A stretch of 63,914 bases of DNA, filler included, from Chiloscyllium plagiosum (taxonomy: Eukaryota), in assembly GCF_004010195.1 (NCBI RefSeq). It is 4 parts of one record of this genome, joined end to end, with 100 filler letters (N's around TTAATTAATTAA, not from the genome) between each part and the next. Parts side by side here need not be neighbours in the genome. Positions count along the whole stretch, not along the records: positions 56,727 to 63,914 come from NC_057715.1; 3 more parts are not named here. One strand, given 5' to 3'. Positions 63,698 to 63,914 of this stretch are shown piece by piece (positions within the stretch are counted from its first letter, which is position 1; every line of letters starts with the position of its first letter). The translations under genes and the position numbers were made by a program. The notes beneath the pieces are model-generated. The model did no database searches and had not been told where the DNA came from. It worked only from the letters and a program-made list of their open reading frames with translations.

Positions 63698-63914
63698 CAT
63701 AGAACATAGAACATAGAACAATACAGCACAGTACAGGCCCTTCGGCCCACGATGTTGTGCCGAACATTTGTCCTAGCTTAAGCACCCGTCCATGTATCTA
63801 TCCAATTGCCGCTTAAAGGTCACCAAAGATTCTGACTCTACCACTCCCACAGGCAGCGCATTCCATGCCCCCACCACTCTCTGGGTAAAGAACCTACCCC
63901 TGACATCTCCCCTA
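63698..63914 (-). mobile_element. Young CR1 3' end, running off the window
   Basis: Near-identical to 47492-47705; (CATAGAA)n tail. Confidence 0.92.

Overview
Vertebrate, almost certainly elasmobranch (shark-type) genomic DNA, inferred from HE1-like SINEs and HER1/CR1 LINEs. It is AT-rich and dominated by decayed transposable elements, with four N gaps, three of which carry an artificial TTAATTAATTAA linker. The only convincing host coding sequence is the terminal exon of a glypican of the GPC4/GPC6 subfamily (best fit GPC6) at 49052-49251 (+). The upstream ~49 kb is probably its last intron, and the ~5.5 kb downstream may be 3' UTR. The repeats include CR1/HER1 LINEs, a second CR1-group single-ORF LINE, HE1 and other tRNA-derived SINEs, an internally deleted L1, a Rex1/Babar LINE, a rearranged Gypsy element with LTR pieces, a Harbinger transposase remnant, and at least three Penelope-like (PLE) families. 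The most notable observations are: (i) PLE fold-back insertions with target-site duplications and minimal hammerhead-ribozyme cores; (ii) a single-ORF LINE that starts with a tRNA-like head and has a SINE made of its head plus its tail; (iii) an inversion with a ~740-bp inverted duplication inside the Gypsy pol; (iv) a possible SINE-primed ~2-kb transduction; (v) an in-frame ORF1-ORF2 deletion in L1; (vi) a candidate unannotated exon at 63307. All calls come from reading the sequence by eye, and element boundaries are approximate unless a TSD or motif is quoted.
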